Both the position numbers and the translations under genes were made by a program. The notes beneath the pieces were generated by a model that did not search any database, was not told the DNA's origin, and worked only from the letters and a program-made list of their open reading frames with translations. Below are positions 19,627 to 31,100 of a DNA stretch of 64,000 nt, one piece after another. Numbering within the stretch: the first letter of the stretch is position 1; the number at the start of each line of letters is the position of its first letter. The stretch is from an uncultured bacterium (GTDB taxonomy: Bacteria > CSSED10-310 > CAZUFC01), in contig CAZUFC010000026.1 in the NCBI GenBank assembly GCA_964619725.1, forward strand, positions 1-64,000. The letters run 5' to 3'.

Positions 19627-22065
19627 ATGGTGCGCAGAAAAGAACTCCTTGTTTTTGTGTTGTTGATTGCGATTTTACTATCAGGATGTGCAGTGTTGAG
19701 AAAGACATCCGAACCGGAGATGCCGGATCAAACCGGGAGTGAGATGGAAACGACTCCAGAAACGGAGCAGGAAACGGGAGAGCTGGGGGCTGAAGCAGAG
19801 GCTGAAGCAGTTGGCGAAGAAGCGGCGGAAGAAGGGGCCGCGGCCGAAGAAACTGAATTTGAAACGATTGGTACGGAAGGTGAGGCGGCGGCAGCAGATG
19901 AGGAGTTGGGAGAGGAACCGGATCAGCAGACTTTGGATGAAAAAACCGCCAGAGAATTGGAAGAGCTTTTTCGTGAATTGACGAAAGAGGACGAGATGAT
20001 GGAGGAAGCGGAAGAAGAGGGTGAGGAAGCTGAAGAAATGGCCGGAGAAGATGCTGCGTCGGATGAGGACGCGGATGAGACGCCGGCTGCGGCTGGTGTC
20101 GCTGCCGGGACGGAAACCGTTGCTGCTGCTGACGCTGAGGCTGAAGAGGAGGAAGACAAGGGTATCATCATCAATTTTGAGAATGCCACGGTTCTTGAGG
20201 TATTAAAGGCAATCTCCGACATTATCGGAATAGATTATATTCTGGCGCCGGGAGTCGCAGGCGGTGAGGTGACGATCAAGTCCGCCAAGCCGATCAAGAA
20301 GGTAGACCTGTTTTATGTATTGCAATCCATTCTGGAGTTGAACAACCTGGTCGCCATAGATGTTGGACCGTATTATAAAATCGTTCCTTCGCCCGAAGGC
20401 AAGCATCGCCCCATAAGGACGCAAATAGGAAAAATAGCCTCCAAAATAACGCCGACAGATGAAATGATCACGCAGATTATACCCCTGGACTATATAACGC
20501 CTGATGAGATCATCAACACTCTGCGCCCTTTAATAGCTGACGATGCGGTGTTGATTTCGCATCCGGGAACCAATCTGTTGATTATGACGGGATTGGCATC
20601 CAATATACAGAGAATTTTGAAGCTTGTTCAAATGCTCGATGTCGAAACCGCAGTTCTGGAACTGGAGATTTTCCAGATACAATATGCTGACGTCAATGAT
20701 ATCGTCACTATCCTGGAAAGGATATTCGAAAGCCAGAGAACAGGTACGGCATCGCTGGCGCGGGCGCCCAGAGGACGGGCTACGAGGAGGCGAACGACAG
20801 GCGGCGTGACGCGTGGCGGAGAAAAGGATGTGCTGCTTATTCCCGACCTCAGGTCCAATTCCATCATCGTTTTCGCTCAGAAAAAAGACCTGGAATTCAT
20901 AAGAGAAATCATCACAATGCTGGATGTCGACATATACGTCAGTCAGAAAACTTACATCTATTACATGGAGAACGCCAGGGCGACCGATATGGCGCAGTTG
21001 CTGGGTTCAGTCTTCAGCGGGACGGGCAGGGAACAGCGGACAGCGCCCCGGCCCAGAACGAGAACCTCTCGTACGCGTCAACCCGGTGGGACCGCATCCC
21101 TGGGCGCAATCGGCGAAGGCGCAGTGGAAGGTGAAGTGAACATCATTGCCGATGAAAGGACGAACGCACTGGTTATCGTCACTTCACCCGTGAATTATCC
21201 CAACATTTTAACAATAATAAAAGCGCTGGACATTATGCCGAAACAGGTGCTTATCGAAGTGCTGATCGTCGACGTCAAGCTTGAAGACAATACTCAGTTC
21301 GGCGTAGAATGGTTGCTGAAAAGCCAGGGACATCTTGATGTCGGCGGCGATACCTACTACTACGATGGAACGGCTCAGCAGAACCTGGGTATCGGCGACA
21401 ATACGTTAGGTTTTACTTACAATGTGTTTGAAGCTTCACGATTTAAAAGCTTTTTAAGGGCTTACGCCAGGGATTCCAAGCTGGAAGTGCTTTCCAATCC
21501 CCATATCCTGGTCGCCAACAACATGGAAGCCGCCATTGATGTGGGTAATGAAGTGCCAATCGTTACCGCTGAGCAAACCTACGATACCGATTATACTGCC
21601 GACCAGCCCAGGAGAACGTTTAACCGCACCATCCAATACAGAACGACAGGTATTCTTCTGCAGGTTGTCCCTCATATTAACGAAGAACGATACGTCAGCC
21701 TGGAACTCAGCCAGGAAGTCAGCAACATATCGAATATAACCGTGGCAGGCATTGATTCGCCGGTTATCGATAAAAGGACGGCCAACACTTCGGTCGTAGT
21801 CAAGGACGGTCAGACGCTGGTGATCGGCGGAATGATGGAAAGAAAGGTCAATCCTTCACGAGAAGGCATACCCTTCTTATCAAGAATCCCCATATTGGGC
21901 TCTATATTCGGAACGAGAAGCAAGACTGAAAGCACTTCAGAACTGCTGATCTTTCTGACGCCTCACGTCGTCGCATCGCCCGAAGAAGCGCGACTGCTTT
22001 CAGAGGAACTTCAGGATAAAACAAAGTCTAAATTGTTCGATGTGAGTCCCTTGTCGTATTATTAA
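19627..22065 (+). CDS. gspD: type II secretion secretin GspD with lipoprotein signal
   Basis: LLSGC lipobox; INFENA N0; DERTNALVI; QVLIEVLIVDV; VKDGQTLVIGG; GIPFLSRIPILGSIFG; ELLIFLTPHVV. Confidence 0.92.
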   Translation: MVRRKELLVFVLLIAILLSGCAVLRKTSEPEMPDQTGSEMETTPETEQETGELGAEAEAEAVGEEAAEEGAAAEETEFETIGTEGEAAAADEELGEEPDQQTLDEKTARELEELFRELTKEDEMMEEAEEEGEEAEEMAGEDAASDEDADETPAAAGVAAGTETVAAADAEAEEEEDKGIIINFENATVLEVLKAISDIIGIDYILAPGVAGGEVTIKSAKPIKKVDLFYVLQSILELNNLVAIDVGPYYKIVPSPEGKHRPIRTQIGKIASKITPTDEMITQIIPLDYITPDEIINTLRPLIADDAVLISHPGTNLLIMTGLASNIQRILKLVQMLDVETAVLELEIFQIQYADVNDIVTILERIFESQRTGTASLARAPRGRATRRRTTGGVTRGGEKDVLLIPDLRSNSIIVFAQKKDLEFIREIITMLDVDIYVSQKTYIYYMENARATDMAQLLGSVFSGTGREQRTAPRPRTRTSRTRQPGGTASLGAIGEGAVEGEVNIIADERTNALVIVTSPVNYPNILTIIKALDIMPKQVLIEVLIVDVKLEDNTQFGVEWLLKSQGHLDVGGDTYYYDGTAQQNLGIGDNTLGFTYNVFEASRFKSFLRAYARDSKLEVLSNPHILVANNMEAAIDVGNEVPIVTAEQTYDTDYTADQPRRTFNRTIQYRTTGILLQVVPHINEERYVSLELSQEVSNISNITVAGIDSPVIDKRTANTSVVVKDGQTLVIGGMMERKVNPSREGIPFLSRIPILGSIFGTRSKTESTSELLIFLTPHVVASPEEARLLSEELQDKTKSKLFDVSPLSYY

Positions 22066-22083
22066 TAATAAGGGGTACGAATT

Positions 22084-23208
22084 ATGAGAGTTTACATATA
22101 CGCGATATTGAGCATTACAGCGGCTGCGCTTATGTGCTATGTCATCGGAGGGTGCGACAAACCTGATCCGACCGGACCGGCCTCCCAGGCTCGATTAATC
22201 CTGGTGCCGGGCGCGGATACGCTTCCGGCCGACGGCGCTTCCACGACAACGGTTTTCGCCCATGTAAGAAATCCGGACGGAACAGCGGCCGACGGAGCGC
22301 CCATTTTCTTCACTGCTTCATGCGGCACTATTCGTTCAGAAGGAACTGCCGTATCAGGAGGAATGGCCACGGTTACCATCGAAGCCCCCAGTTACCCATG
22401 CACAGCGCTCATTGAAGCGGACTTGCCGACAATGCAGTTGCACAACTCCACGACAGTTGAATTCAAGCCGATAGATTCGGCCACTTTGTCCCTGACGGCT
22501 TCTCCCAAAAGCATACCTGCTGATGGAGAAGCGCATTCGGTGCTGACTGCCAGAGTTTTCGACGAAGAAGGCAAGCCGGTCATTGACGGGACTATAGTGC
22601 ATTTTACGACTAACCTGGGAACCATTGACGACGTTGATGTGGAAACCAGCCTGGGTGAAGCCGTGACCAATCTGAACAGCGGTTATATATCGGGAATTGC
22701 AACCGTCAACGCTGCAGCCGATACAGTTTCCAATACTACCACAGTCGATTTTTATTCCACGGAAGTCGGATCGATCGAATTAAGAGCGCATCCCGATGAA
22801 ATACCGACGGGAGGAAAAAGCATCATCACCGCCACCGTTTACGATCGTAACAGACGAAAAGTTCCCGACGGCACCGTCGTCTATTTCGTTACTACGCACG
22901 GCTCGGTCGACGGCTCCAAAACTACAGACCTGGGTATTGCAACAACGTCGCTCACAGGCGTGTATAATTCCGCAGACGTTTTCATCACGGCTGTCAGCGG
23001 TCAACAAAGCGCTTCCGTTATGGTCAAGGTCAGAGGCGATACTCTGCCCACGCCGTCAGAATCGGCTACGCCCACTCCTTCACCCTCTTCCACGCCGACA
23101 GGCACCATTACGCCTGAACCGTCCGGAACTCCTACCCCTTCCCCCACCGATACCCCGGAAGCCACGATTACGCCTACGCCCACTCCTTCAGCCACACCGA
23201 CGTTTTAA
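22084..23208 (+). CDS. lipoprotein with three Big_1/invasin-type Ig-like domains and Pro/Thr tail
   Basis: IGGC lipobox; ASPKSIPADG...LTARVFD..GKPVIDGTIVHFTTNLG repeats; PTPS tail. Confidence 0.8.
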   Translation: MRVYIYAILSITAAALMCYVIGGCDKPDPTGPASQARLILVPGADTLPADGASTTTVFAHVRNPDGTAADGAPIFFTASCGTIRSEGTAVSGGMATVTIEAPSYPCTALIEADLPTMQLHNSTTVEFKPIDSATLSLTASPKSIPADGEAHSVLTARVFDEEGKPVIDGTIVHFTTNLGTIDDVDVETSLGEAVTNLNSGYISGIATVNAAADTVSNTTTVDFYSTEVGSIELRAHPDEIPTGGKSIITATVYDRNRRKVPDGTVVYFVTTHGSVDGSKTTDLGIATTSLTGVYNSADVFITAVSGQQSASVMVKVRGDTLPTPSESATPTPSPSSTPTGTITPEPSGTPTPSPTDTPEATITPTPTPSATPTF

Positions 23209-23328
23209 TATGATGGCGTATCCAGAAATATATCGATCAATACTCAGCGTCCTTACATCTCTGCATGATCGATATGATTATCAATATCTCAAAGAAAATC
23301 AGCCACTTTTCACTCAGAAGGTGACGGC

Positions 23329-24567
23329 ATGAAATTATTTAAAACTCTTTCGACTTTCCTGGTCATTTTCGGAACAGCCATTCTGATAATCAACGGTTGC
23401 GATAAACCGGACCCCACAGGTCCTGCTTCAACCGCCAGACTCATACTGGTTCCCGAAAACTACGAAGCGCCTGCCGACGGCATGACCACGACGAACGTAG
23501 TAGCATACGTCAGGAATCCCGATGGAACGGCCGCAGACGGCGCTCCCATCTTTTTCTCCGCCTCCTGCGGATTGATCAGGGAAGGAGAGGCCGCAGTCGC
23601 AGGCGGAACCGCAACGATGACCATAGAATCTTCCACTTATCCCTGCACATCAGCCATTACCGCCAGTCTGCCCACAATGTCCCTGGAAAATACCACCCAT
23701 ATTGAATTCACTTCCATTACATCGGAAACGTTAATATTACATGCGTCGCCGACCAGCATTCTGGCTGACGGCGTGGCACAGTCAACCATCACGGCCAAAG
23801 TTTACGGCGAAGACGGCAACCCGGTCATTGACGGCACAACAGTTTATTTCAGTACCGATATGGGAACGCTGAGCGCTGAGTCCGCCGAAACCTCTCTAGG
23901 TAAAGCGCACGTTATGCTGACAAGCAGTGAAATTCCCGGCACCGCCACGGTTACTGCCGTTTCGGGCGTCGTCTCCGATTCCGTACAGGTCCGATTTTCT
24001 TCCACAGACGTAAAATACATAGAACTGACCGCCAGTCCCTATACGATTGGAACAGGTCAGCAAAGCATAGTAACCGCTACAGTCTACGATCAGAACAACA
24101 GGAAAAAAGCAGGCGTCACCGTATACTTCACGACAAACCTGGGCAGCATAGACTCATCAGCCACCACCGATCAATACGGTACAGCCACTGTGAAATTTTC
24201 CTCCTCAACCGCAGGATCAGCCCTCATCACAGCCGTTGCCGGAGACGTCAGCGCCTATATCGTCATTGAAGTTGAAGGAGGCACAATACCCAGTCCCACT
24301 CCAGGCGACGGACCAATAGAAATAACGCCGGGAGCCGCTATCCTTACGGTAGGAGAATCAGAAACTTTTCAGGCCACAGGAGGTTCAGGCTCATACTACT
24401 GGTACCTCGACGACGCAGGAGCCGCAAGAAGCATAGGAACCCTCTCAGCAGACTACGGAAAAAGCACCATCTTCACCGCAGAAAACGAAGGCGAAGGCGA
24501 CCTCTACGCCGTAGACACAAACAATTACGATAACTATGGGTCAGCTTTCATCAGCGTAACAGAATAA
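23329..24567 (+). CDS. paralogous lipoprotein with Big_1 Ig-like domains and a further C-terminal Ig-like domain
   Basis: INGC lipobox; CDKPDPTGPAS..RLILVP shared with upstream gene; ASPTSILADG...VYFSTDMG. Confidence 0.8.
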   Translation: MKLFKTLSTFLVIFGTAILIINGCDKPDPTGPASTARLILVPENYEAPADGMTTTNVVAYVRNPDGTAADGAPIFFSASCGLIREGEAAVAGGTATMTIESSTYPCTSAITASLPTMSLENTTHIEFTSITSETLILHASPTSILADGVAQSTITAKVYGEDGNPVIDGTTVYFSTDMGTLSAESAETSLGKAHVMLTSSEIPGTATVTAVSGVVSDSVQVRFSSTDVKYIELTASPYTIGTGQQSIVTATVYDQNNRKKAGVTVYFTTNLGSIDSSATTDQYGTATVKFSSSTAGSALITAVAGDVSAYIVIEVEGGTIPSPTPGDGPIEITPGAAILTVGESETFQATGGSGSYYWYLDDAGAARSIGTLSADYGKSTIFTAENEGEGDLYAVDTNNYDNYGSAFISVTE

Positions 24568-24631
24568 ATAGCATAATCTACAAAAAATCCGGAATCAAAC
24601 CTCCAGTGTGAATGCCCCTACGATTCCTATC

Positions 24632-24718
24632 GTCCTTTAAGTCCCTTAAGTCCCTTAAGTCCCTTAGGTCCCTTAGGTCCCTTCGTCCCTTTGTCCCTTC
24701 CTCCCTTAAGTCCTTTAA
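24632..24718 (-). repeat. tandem GTCCCTT(AA/AG/T) repeat
   Basis: read directly. Confidence 0.85.
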
Positions 24719-24756
24719 TTCCATTAAATCGAAAAACAAGACCAAACAAAAAAACA

Positions 24757-24940
24757 GGGACTGATCAAACCGGGGTTACACTTTTTACAAAACCTTCGAC
24801 AGTTAGTTTCAGTAATCGGAGTCGGTATCGGGTTCGTAATCGCAATCGCAACCCAAATCGAAATCAAAATCGAAATCGAAACAAAATGATAGAATATTCC
24901 GAAAAATGTAACCTCAAAAGATGCATTTTTGATCCATGCC
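24757..24940 (+). repeat. dispersed repeat family A, copy 2
   Basis: GGGACTGATCAAACCGGGGTTACAC...(AATCGA-like)n...GTAACCTCAAAAGATGCATTTTTGATCCATGCC. Confidence 0.85.
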
Positions 24941-25060
24941 GAAAAAACAATAAGGGGATGCCCGAAAACAAAATTCAACCGCCATTTTACAATTTCAATG
25001 AATTTTAGTACCCTGTAGTAACGTGGACAGTTTATGAACCTCGAACAGGGGAGGAACTCA

Positions 25061-26884
25061 ATGAAAGGGCTAAAGATTTTATTTTTGTTAATGATTCTGT
25101 CGACATGCGTTGGAGAAGGCGTTTTTTCCGCAGTAATCGAAATCCCGGCAGATTACCCGACCATCCAGGAAGGCGTTGACGCGGCCGGCAACGGCGATAC
25201 GATTTTGATCGCCAACGGAACTTACCTGGGCGCCGGCAACAGGAATATTGAACTGCAGGGCAAATCCATAACGGTCATGTCTGCCGGCAGCGCCCTGTTG
25301 TGCATGATCGATTGCGAGAAAACAACGGTGGGTTTCAACATTCATCAGGGTGAAGATCAAAATACGGTCCTGGAAGGTATAACCGTTAAAAACGGATTAG
25401 GCTTGAACGGCGGAGGCATTATATGCGACGGGGCATCCCCGACGATAAGAAATTGCTCTATTACAAGAAATACCGCATTGATCCAGGACCAGGGCAGAGG
25501 CGGCGGTATTTATATAAATAACGCTTCTCCGCAGATTATGAATTGTCTGATCAGAAGGAACATATCGAATGAAGGCGGCGGCCTTTACATGCAGAATTCC
25601 GCGGCAGTAATAGAAAACAGCACGATATTAGGCAATACGAGCGGACTGTCGGGCGGAGGCATTAAGATGATTCAATCTGTTCCCATGTTTGACGGATGCA
25701 TCATTTCCGGTAATTCTTCCTCGTCAGGCGGCGGAGCATACATCACGCAGGGAAGCGATCCGTTATTCTCGACATGCGTTTTTTCCGGCAATAGCGTACC
25801 GCAGAGTTTCCCGGTATATTACGGAGGAGGAGTTCATTGTTATGAGGCTTCGGCCATGGTTTTGAACACTCTGTTCCGGGACAACGGCGCGTATTACGGC
25901 GGCGGCATAGCCTGGGAATCATCAACTGACGTTTCAGTTATCAACTGCATTTTTACGGGTAATCAGGCATTCAGCGGGGCGGCATTATATTGCGAAGAAA
26001 CCGGCCTGCAATTGCTGAACGTGACGGTAGCGAGCAACCTGGCGACAGACGCCGGAGGAGGAATAGATGCCCTGGGGACCTGCAATGCGAATATCGTCAA
26101 CAGCATTTTCTGGAACAACATGCCGGAATCGATAGGCGGCGAAGGTTCGCCGGCGGTAACTTATTCCGACATACAGGGAGGCTGGCCGGGCGAAGGCAAC
26201 ATAGACGCCTGGCCTGAATTCGTCAACGGACCGGTAGGCGGTTACTACCTGAGCCAGATAGCCGCAGGACAATTACTGGACAGTCCCTGCGTGAATGCCG
26301 GCAACGACGCGGCAGCGAATATACTCCTGCCTTTCCCGGAAGGCGACGTCCCGTTAAGCGAACTGACCACAAGAACAGACGAAGTCCCTGACGCAGGGCA
26401 GGCGGATATGGGTTTTCACCTCATCCCGTCGACCCCGACCAATATACCGACGAATTCCCCAACGCCCACCAGGTCTCCCACGGCAACGCCGACCCAGGCT
26501 GCAAGTTACACGCCGACGGCTGAACCCACGATAACCATGGGCGTAAACTTAACCTTATCCGAGGAAATATTCTATCCCAACGACCAGTTTATCCTGAATG
26601 CGATAATATCCAATCCGGGCCCTGAAACATACACCCAAATACCCTTCGCCGTATTACTGGACGCCTACGGACTCTATTTCTGGTATCCCGCCTGGACTAG
26701 CGAATTCAACTACGAAAATATATACTTGGGCATACAGTCCTTCACCAAAGAAATTCTAAACTTCCAATGGCCCAACGAACAAAGTACAGGCTCAGGACTG
26801 ATCTTCTACGGAGCCCTCCTCACCGAAAACTTCACCGGCATTATAGGTGAACTGGGAACCGTTCAGTTCGGCTGGGCCTATTAA
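25061..26884 (+). CDS. secreted right-handed parallel beta-helix repeat protein with Pro/Thr linker and C-terminal beta domain
   Basis: signal peptide, IPADYPTIQEGVD, GGGI/N-rich repeats, PT linker; GAGG RBS before ATG 25061. Confidence 0.8.
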   Translation: MKGLKILFLLMILSTCVGEGVFSAVIEIPADYPTIQEGVDAAGNGDTILIANGTYLGAGNRNIELQGKSITVMSAGSALLCMIDCEKTTVGFNIHQGEDQNTVLEGITVKNGLGLNGGGIICDGASPTIRNCSITRNTALIQDQGRGGGIYINNASPQIMNCLIRRNISNEGGGLYMQNSAAVIENSTILGNTSGLSGGGIKMIQSVPMFDGCIISGNSSSSGGGAYITQGSDPLFSTCVFSGNSVPQSFPVYYGGGVHCYEASAMVLNTLFRDNGAYYGGGIAWESSTDVSVINCIFTGNQAFSGAALYCEETGLQLLNVTVASNLATDAGGGIDALGTCNANIVNSIFWNNMPESIGGEGSPAVTYSDIQGGWPGEGNIDAWPEFVNGPVGGYYLSQIAAGQLLDSPCVNAGNDAAANILLPFPEGDVPLSELTTRTDEVPDAGQADMGFHLIPSTPTNIPTNSPTPTRSPTATPTQAASYTPTAEPTITMGVNLTLSEEIFYPNDQFILNAIISNPGPETYTQIPFAVLLDAYGLYFWYPAWTSEFNYENIYLGIQSFTKEILNFQWPNEQSTGSGLIFYGALLTENFTGIIGELGTVQFGWAY

Positions 26885-26925
26885 TTTTCGCAAGCAAAAA
26901 TTAATCGGTCCGCTTCGCGGACGCT
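26881..26925. repeat. double-hairpin repeat family C, copy 2 (possible terminator)
   Basis: TTAATTTTCGCAAGCAAAAATTAATCGGTCCGCTTCGCGGAC directly at the stop codon. Confidence 0.55.
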
Positions 26926-27210
26926 CATAAATAAAACTGTTCTAACGAAAATAAATGAACTGATCAAACTCAGATTAAGGGACTGATCAAAACAGGATAA
27001 AAGTTTTTGCCGGCAAAAAAATTTACTGAGTGAAATCCCCCCTATAGGGTCCGTTGATTTAATCGAAAATGAAAGCGCTTCAAAATCATTAGGCATCATC
27101 TCTCATAATATTTTCTTATTCCCATGGTTCGAATCGAATTTCGATTAAATCAAAGCTCGTCTAACGGATACAGCGGGGGCTTTATAAAGTCAAAGTTTTT
27201 TCTGACCTTT

Positions 27211-27420
27211 CAGCTTGTTTTTGTCCATAAACGGCGAATTTTACCTAATACTGCGTCAGGCTACGGATTGGGTCAGTCAACGTACAAGCAATCCCCCTAC
27301 TTCGCAAATCCCTGCCTTCCTTGCCTTAAGAAAAATTCGCCCGTTCATGGATCAAAAACCCAAGTGGCTGTCCAGCATTAAATTTTGAATCAAGATTTGA
27401 GTTCGTGGGCAGACACTAGC
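27211..27420 (-). repeat. dispersed repeat family B (long internal inverted repeats)
   Basis: reverse-complement similarity to 40243-40450 and to 1-53. Confidence 0.8.
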
Positions 27421-27607
27421 TTAATAACTCCTTGTATTTGATGTATAAAATGAAAATTATCAAAGCGATGGAAAAAACAAGCCAGGAAGAATGAATAGAA
27501 ATAAGACCCAGGAACTTCCGTCAGGATGAATGCCGACCGGATAATAAAGTAGACCTCATTCCCAAAAAAAGGCTGATAAAAAAATTGAGTCGTTCAATAT
27601 CCAGAAA

Positions 27608-27664
27608 GTCCCTTCCGTCCCTTAGGTCCCTTTGTCCCTTTGTCCCTTTGTCCCTTTGTCCCTT
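27608..27664 (-). repeat. tandem GTCCCTTT repeat
   Basis: read directly. Confidence 0.85.
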
Positions 27665-27812
27665 CGTTTCTATGACCTTTCCAAGGCCGAAAAACCAGGA
27701 ACAAAAAATTTTTAAAAAAAGAAACAAATTCAATAACTTAAAACAAACATGCTCAACAAAATACCATAATAATTCAATTCATTGCTTCAATTTGAAAAAA
27801 CACAAAAAGTTA

Positions 27813-27966
27813 GGGACTGATCGAACCAGGGTTAACTTTTTTCAAAACTTTTGACAGGTTGTTACAGTAATAGGGGTCGGTATCGAAATCCAAATCGAAA
27901 TCCAAACAAAATGAATGGATATTCGGAAGAATCACAACCTAAAAAGACGCATTTTTGATCAATGCC
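27813..27966 (+). repeat. dispersed repeat family A, copy 3 (left flank of DGR)
   Basis: GGGACTGATCGAACCAGGGTTA...GACGCATTTTTGATCAATGCC. Confidence 0.85.
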
Positions 27967-28100
27967 GAAAATTCCACTTTTAAAGTTCATCCTGGTAAAT
28001 AAACAAACCCAATCCAAAGACCGATCAAAAAAACATTGACGCAATCCAAGCACAACCGTATCATAAAAATCAACAAACCAACCGCTGGAAAGGAAAAAAA

Positions 28101-31100
28101 GTGACTTCATTTTCCAGGATAAACGATAACGAATCGCCCAAACGTATGCTGAACATATTCATATCATCCACGGCAGAAGACCTGGAGACTCACAGAACCA
28201 GGCTGATCAACGCAGTCCAGCGTTCCGGTCACCATCCCTCGTATATGGAAACATTCGGCGCAAGACCCGATCAGCCGGTAGAAGGATGCCGGAAATTAAT
28301 AAAAAAGTCTGACGCCGTAATAGTCATCGTCGCCTATCGTTACGGTTACGTGCCGGACAGAGACGAAGGCGGCGACGACAAACATTCCATGACCTGGCTG
28401 GAGGTCAAAGCGGCTGAGGAATTCAACAAGCCGGTATTCGCTTTTCTGGTCGATGAAAAAGCGCCCTGGACGAAAATGCGGGAAGAAAATTTGTTGAATG
28501 AGGTCCTGGAAGATGTTGAAGCATCACAACGAATTCTGAGTAACATGCGATCACTAAGGGAATTCAAAAAATATTTAGAAAAAAAATGCATGCGCGATAA
28601 ATTCCGATCAGAAGACGACTTGGCCGAAAAAGCGATTTCAAGCCTGTCCCGATGGATTAATGAAGAATTCGGACTTCGGACGAGCATCCCCGCAAGCGAC
28701 GCCGTATCCGAAACGGAAATCCTGGAAGGTTATCTGAACAAACTCCTCCCGGAAACAAGATGGATCGATATAAGAGGCATAAGCGCGGAGCGGGGATCAT
28801 CAAAGGACATGTGGCGTTTCCCCATTGAGGAACTTTTCACGCCGTTGAAAACCACAGGCTTCGCTAATAAAGCCGGCGGGTTCAAACCCGACATGGAAAA
28901 ACGCCGACCGGATGATATGCCGCTGAAAACGGAGGAACAGGACCAGCGACCGGAACTGTCGGATTTTCTGAAAGATAACCGCAAGCTGCTCCTGATAGGC
29001 GCGCCGGGAGGCGGAAAAACCACCTTCCTGCGCCTTATATCATGTGTGCTCGCAAAGGACCTCCTGGGAGAAAAGCATGGTTTCACTCAACCGGGCCGCT
29101 CGGTTCACCTGGGATTACACCTGACCGATGAACCGCCGGTCCCGGTCTTCATCAGGCTGGCTCTACTGGCATCTTACATGAATAAGGATGATGACGTCCC
29201 CTGCAACGATCACATATCCCGTATACTGAATCTTTTTCAAAAACTGTACGGCGAGCAAACCAGGGATATACTCGAAAAACGCCTGAACGAAGGGCGTTGC
29301 GCCCTTTTGCTAGATGGACTCGACGAAGTGGCCGACACCGACATGCGATGCCGAATCACAAATCTGGTGGATGAAATACTGCAGAAATGGGGAGAGAACC
29401 TGGTGATAGTCACTTCCAGACCGCACGGTTACAAGGAGGTCGAAGGATTAAAAGGCGTCGTAAAACTTGAAATAGACGAGTTTAACGAAAAGGACACGGC
29501 CGAATTCCTGAATAAGTGGGTCAACGTCATCTACTCTGAGCAGGATATGGAATCGCGGAACAGTTACCATCAGGAGCTGGAAGCGGCCATAGGATCATCC
29601 CGCAACATAAGAAGAATGGCCCGGAACCCCGTCATGCTGACCTGCCTGTGCGTGGTTCACTGGAACGAACGAAAGTTGCCGGAGGGCAAGGCTGACCTGA
29701 TGAGCGCGGTATTACGATGGCTGGTGGACGTCAGGAAAGAACAGAGGAAAAACGAAGGTTACACCAACACCTTTGCCGAAGAATGTTTCAAGTCGCTGGC
29801 CCTGGGCATGACGAATCATCCCGGAGGCAAAAAAAGCGTGGTCGACATAGCCTGGGCAGCCGAACAATTAGCCAAACCCTTCCATACCGAACAGGGAATT
29901 GACGACCTGGAAACCGTCCGAAGAAAAGGAAGTCATATCCTGGAATCAGAAATGATCTTCAGCGGCATTATAGAACGGGTCGGCCTGGGACAGTTAAGAT
30001 TCTGGCACCTGACTTTTCAGGAACATTACGCAGCCAGGCGCATTTCTGAACTGAGCGACCTGGACGATGAAACAGGATGGTGGCCTCTGATTAAACCTCA
30101 TATTTACGACCAGCAATGGTTCGAACTCCTGGACCATTTCGCGGGTTGCCTCTCCAGAAAAGGAAGGGAAAAACTCAACCTGCTCGTTGAAAGGTTTCTG
30201 AACGATTGCGATGACTCAGACCTGGCTTCAGTGGCTAAAACAGTCGGCATCCTGGGACGCCTGTTGCGAGTGCTCGAAGAATACGAATATACTCCGCCGC
30301 CGCAACTAGGCTGGGAAAAAGCACGCGAACGGGTCATGGAAATATTTAAAGTGGAAGGCGCAAAAAAAGTGAAAATCAAGCAAAGAATCACCGCAGCAGA
30401 AGCCCTGGGACAAAGCGGAGACCCCAGGTTAGAATTGCGTGAAAGGAAAAAGAATTTTAGACCGATTCCAGGACTCGAAAAGATAAAATTGGGAATATAT
30501 CCCGTCACCGTGGAAGAATACAAAGCCTTTGTCGAGGATGACGGTTACCGGAAACAGGATTTCTGGGGCGAATACTGGAGGATTCGTGAAAAAAATGAAT
30601 GGAATGCGCCCGATAATTGGGAGCGACAGTTGGACAAACCGAACCGTCCCGTCGTCTATGTGTCATGGTACGAAGCCAAAGCATACTGCCGCTGGCGATC
30701 CAAAACAGAACGCAGGGAGTATCGCCTGCCTGCGGAAAAAGAGTGGGAAGCGGCTGCCGTTAATCCTGACGGACCCTATCCATGGGGTAAAGAAGAACCG
30801 AATAATGAATTGGCGAATTATTATTTTGCGGGACCGAGAGAAACGACGCCTGTCGGTGTTTACCCGGCGGGCGCCACGCCTGAAGGTCACCTGGATATGG
30901 CGGGGAATGTCTGGGAATGGTGCGAAGATGACGTTACAAAAGAATACAAGGGCGATCGCCCTCTGCGGGCGCTGCGGGGCGGCTGCTTTTGGCTCGATGC
31001 TGTTTGCCTTCGCTCGACGGACCGTGACTGGCTCGAGGCTGATTACCGGAGCGACGACCTCGGCTTTCGGTTGGTCGTCGCCGCGAGCACGGTTGATGTT

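Noticed and set aside
24691-25008. ORF with RNRNRN repeats (and similar small ORFs at 7335, 27585, 58195)
   Set aside because: Translation of intergenic repeats.
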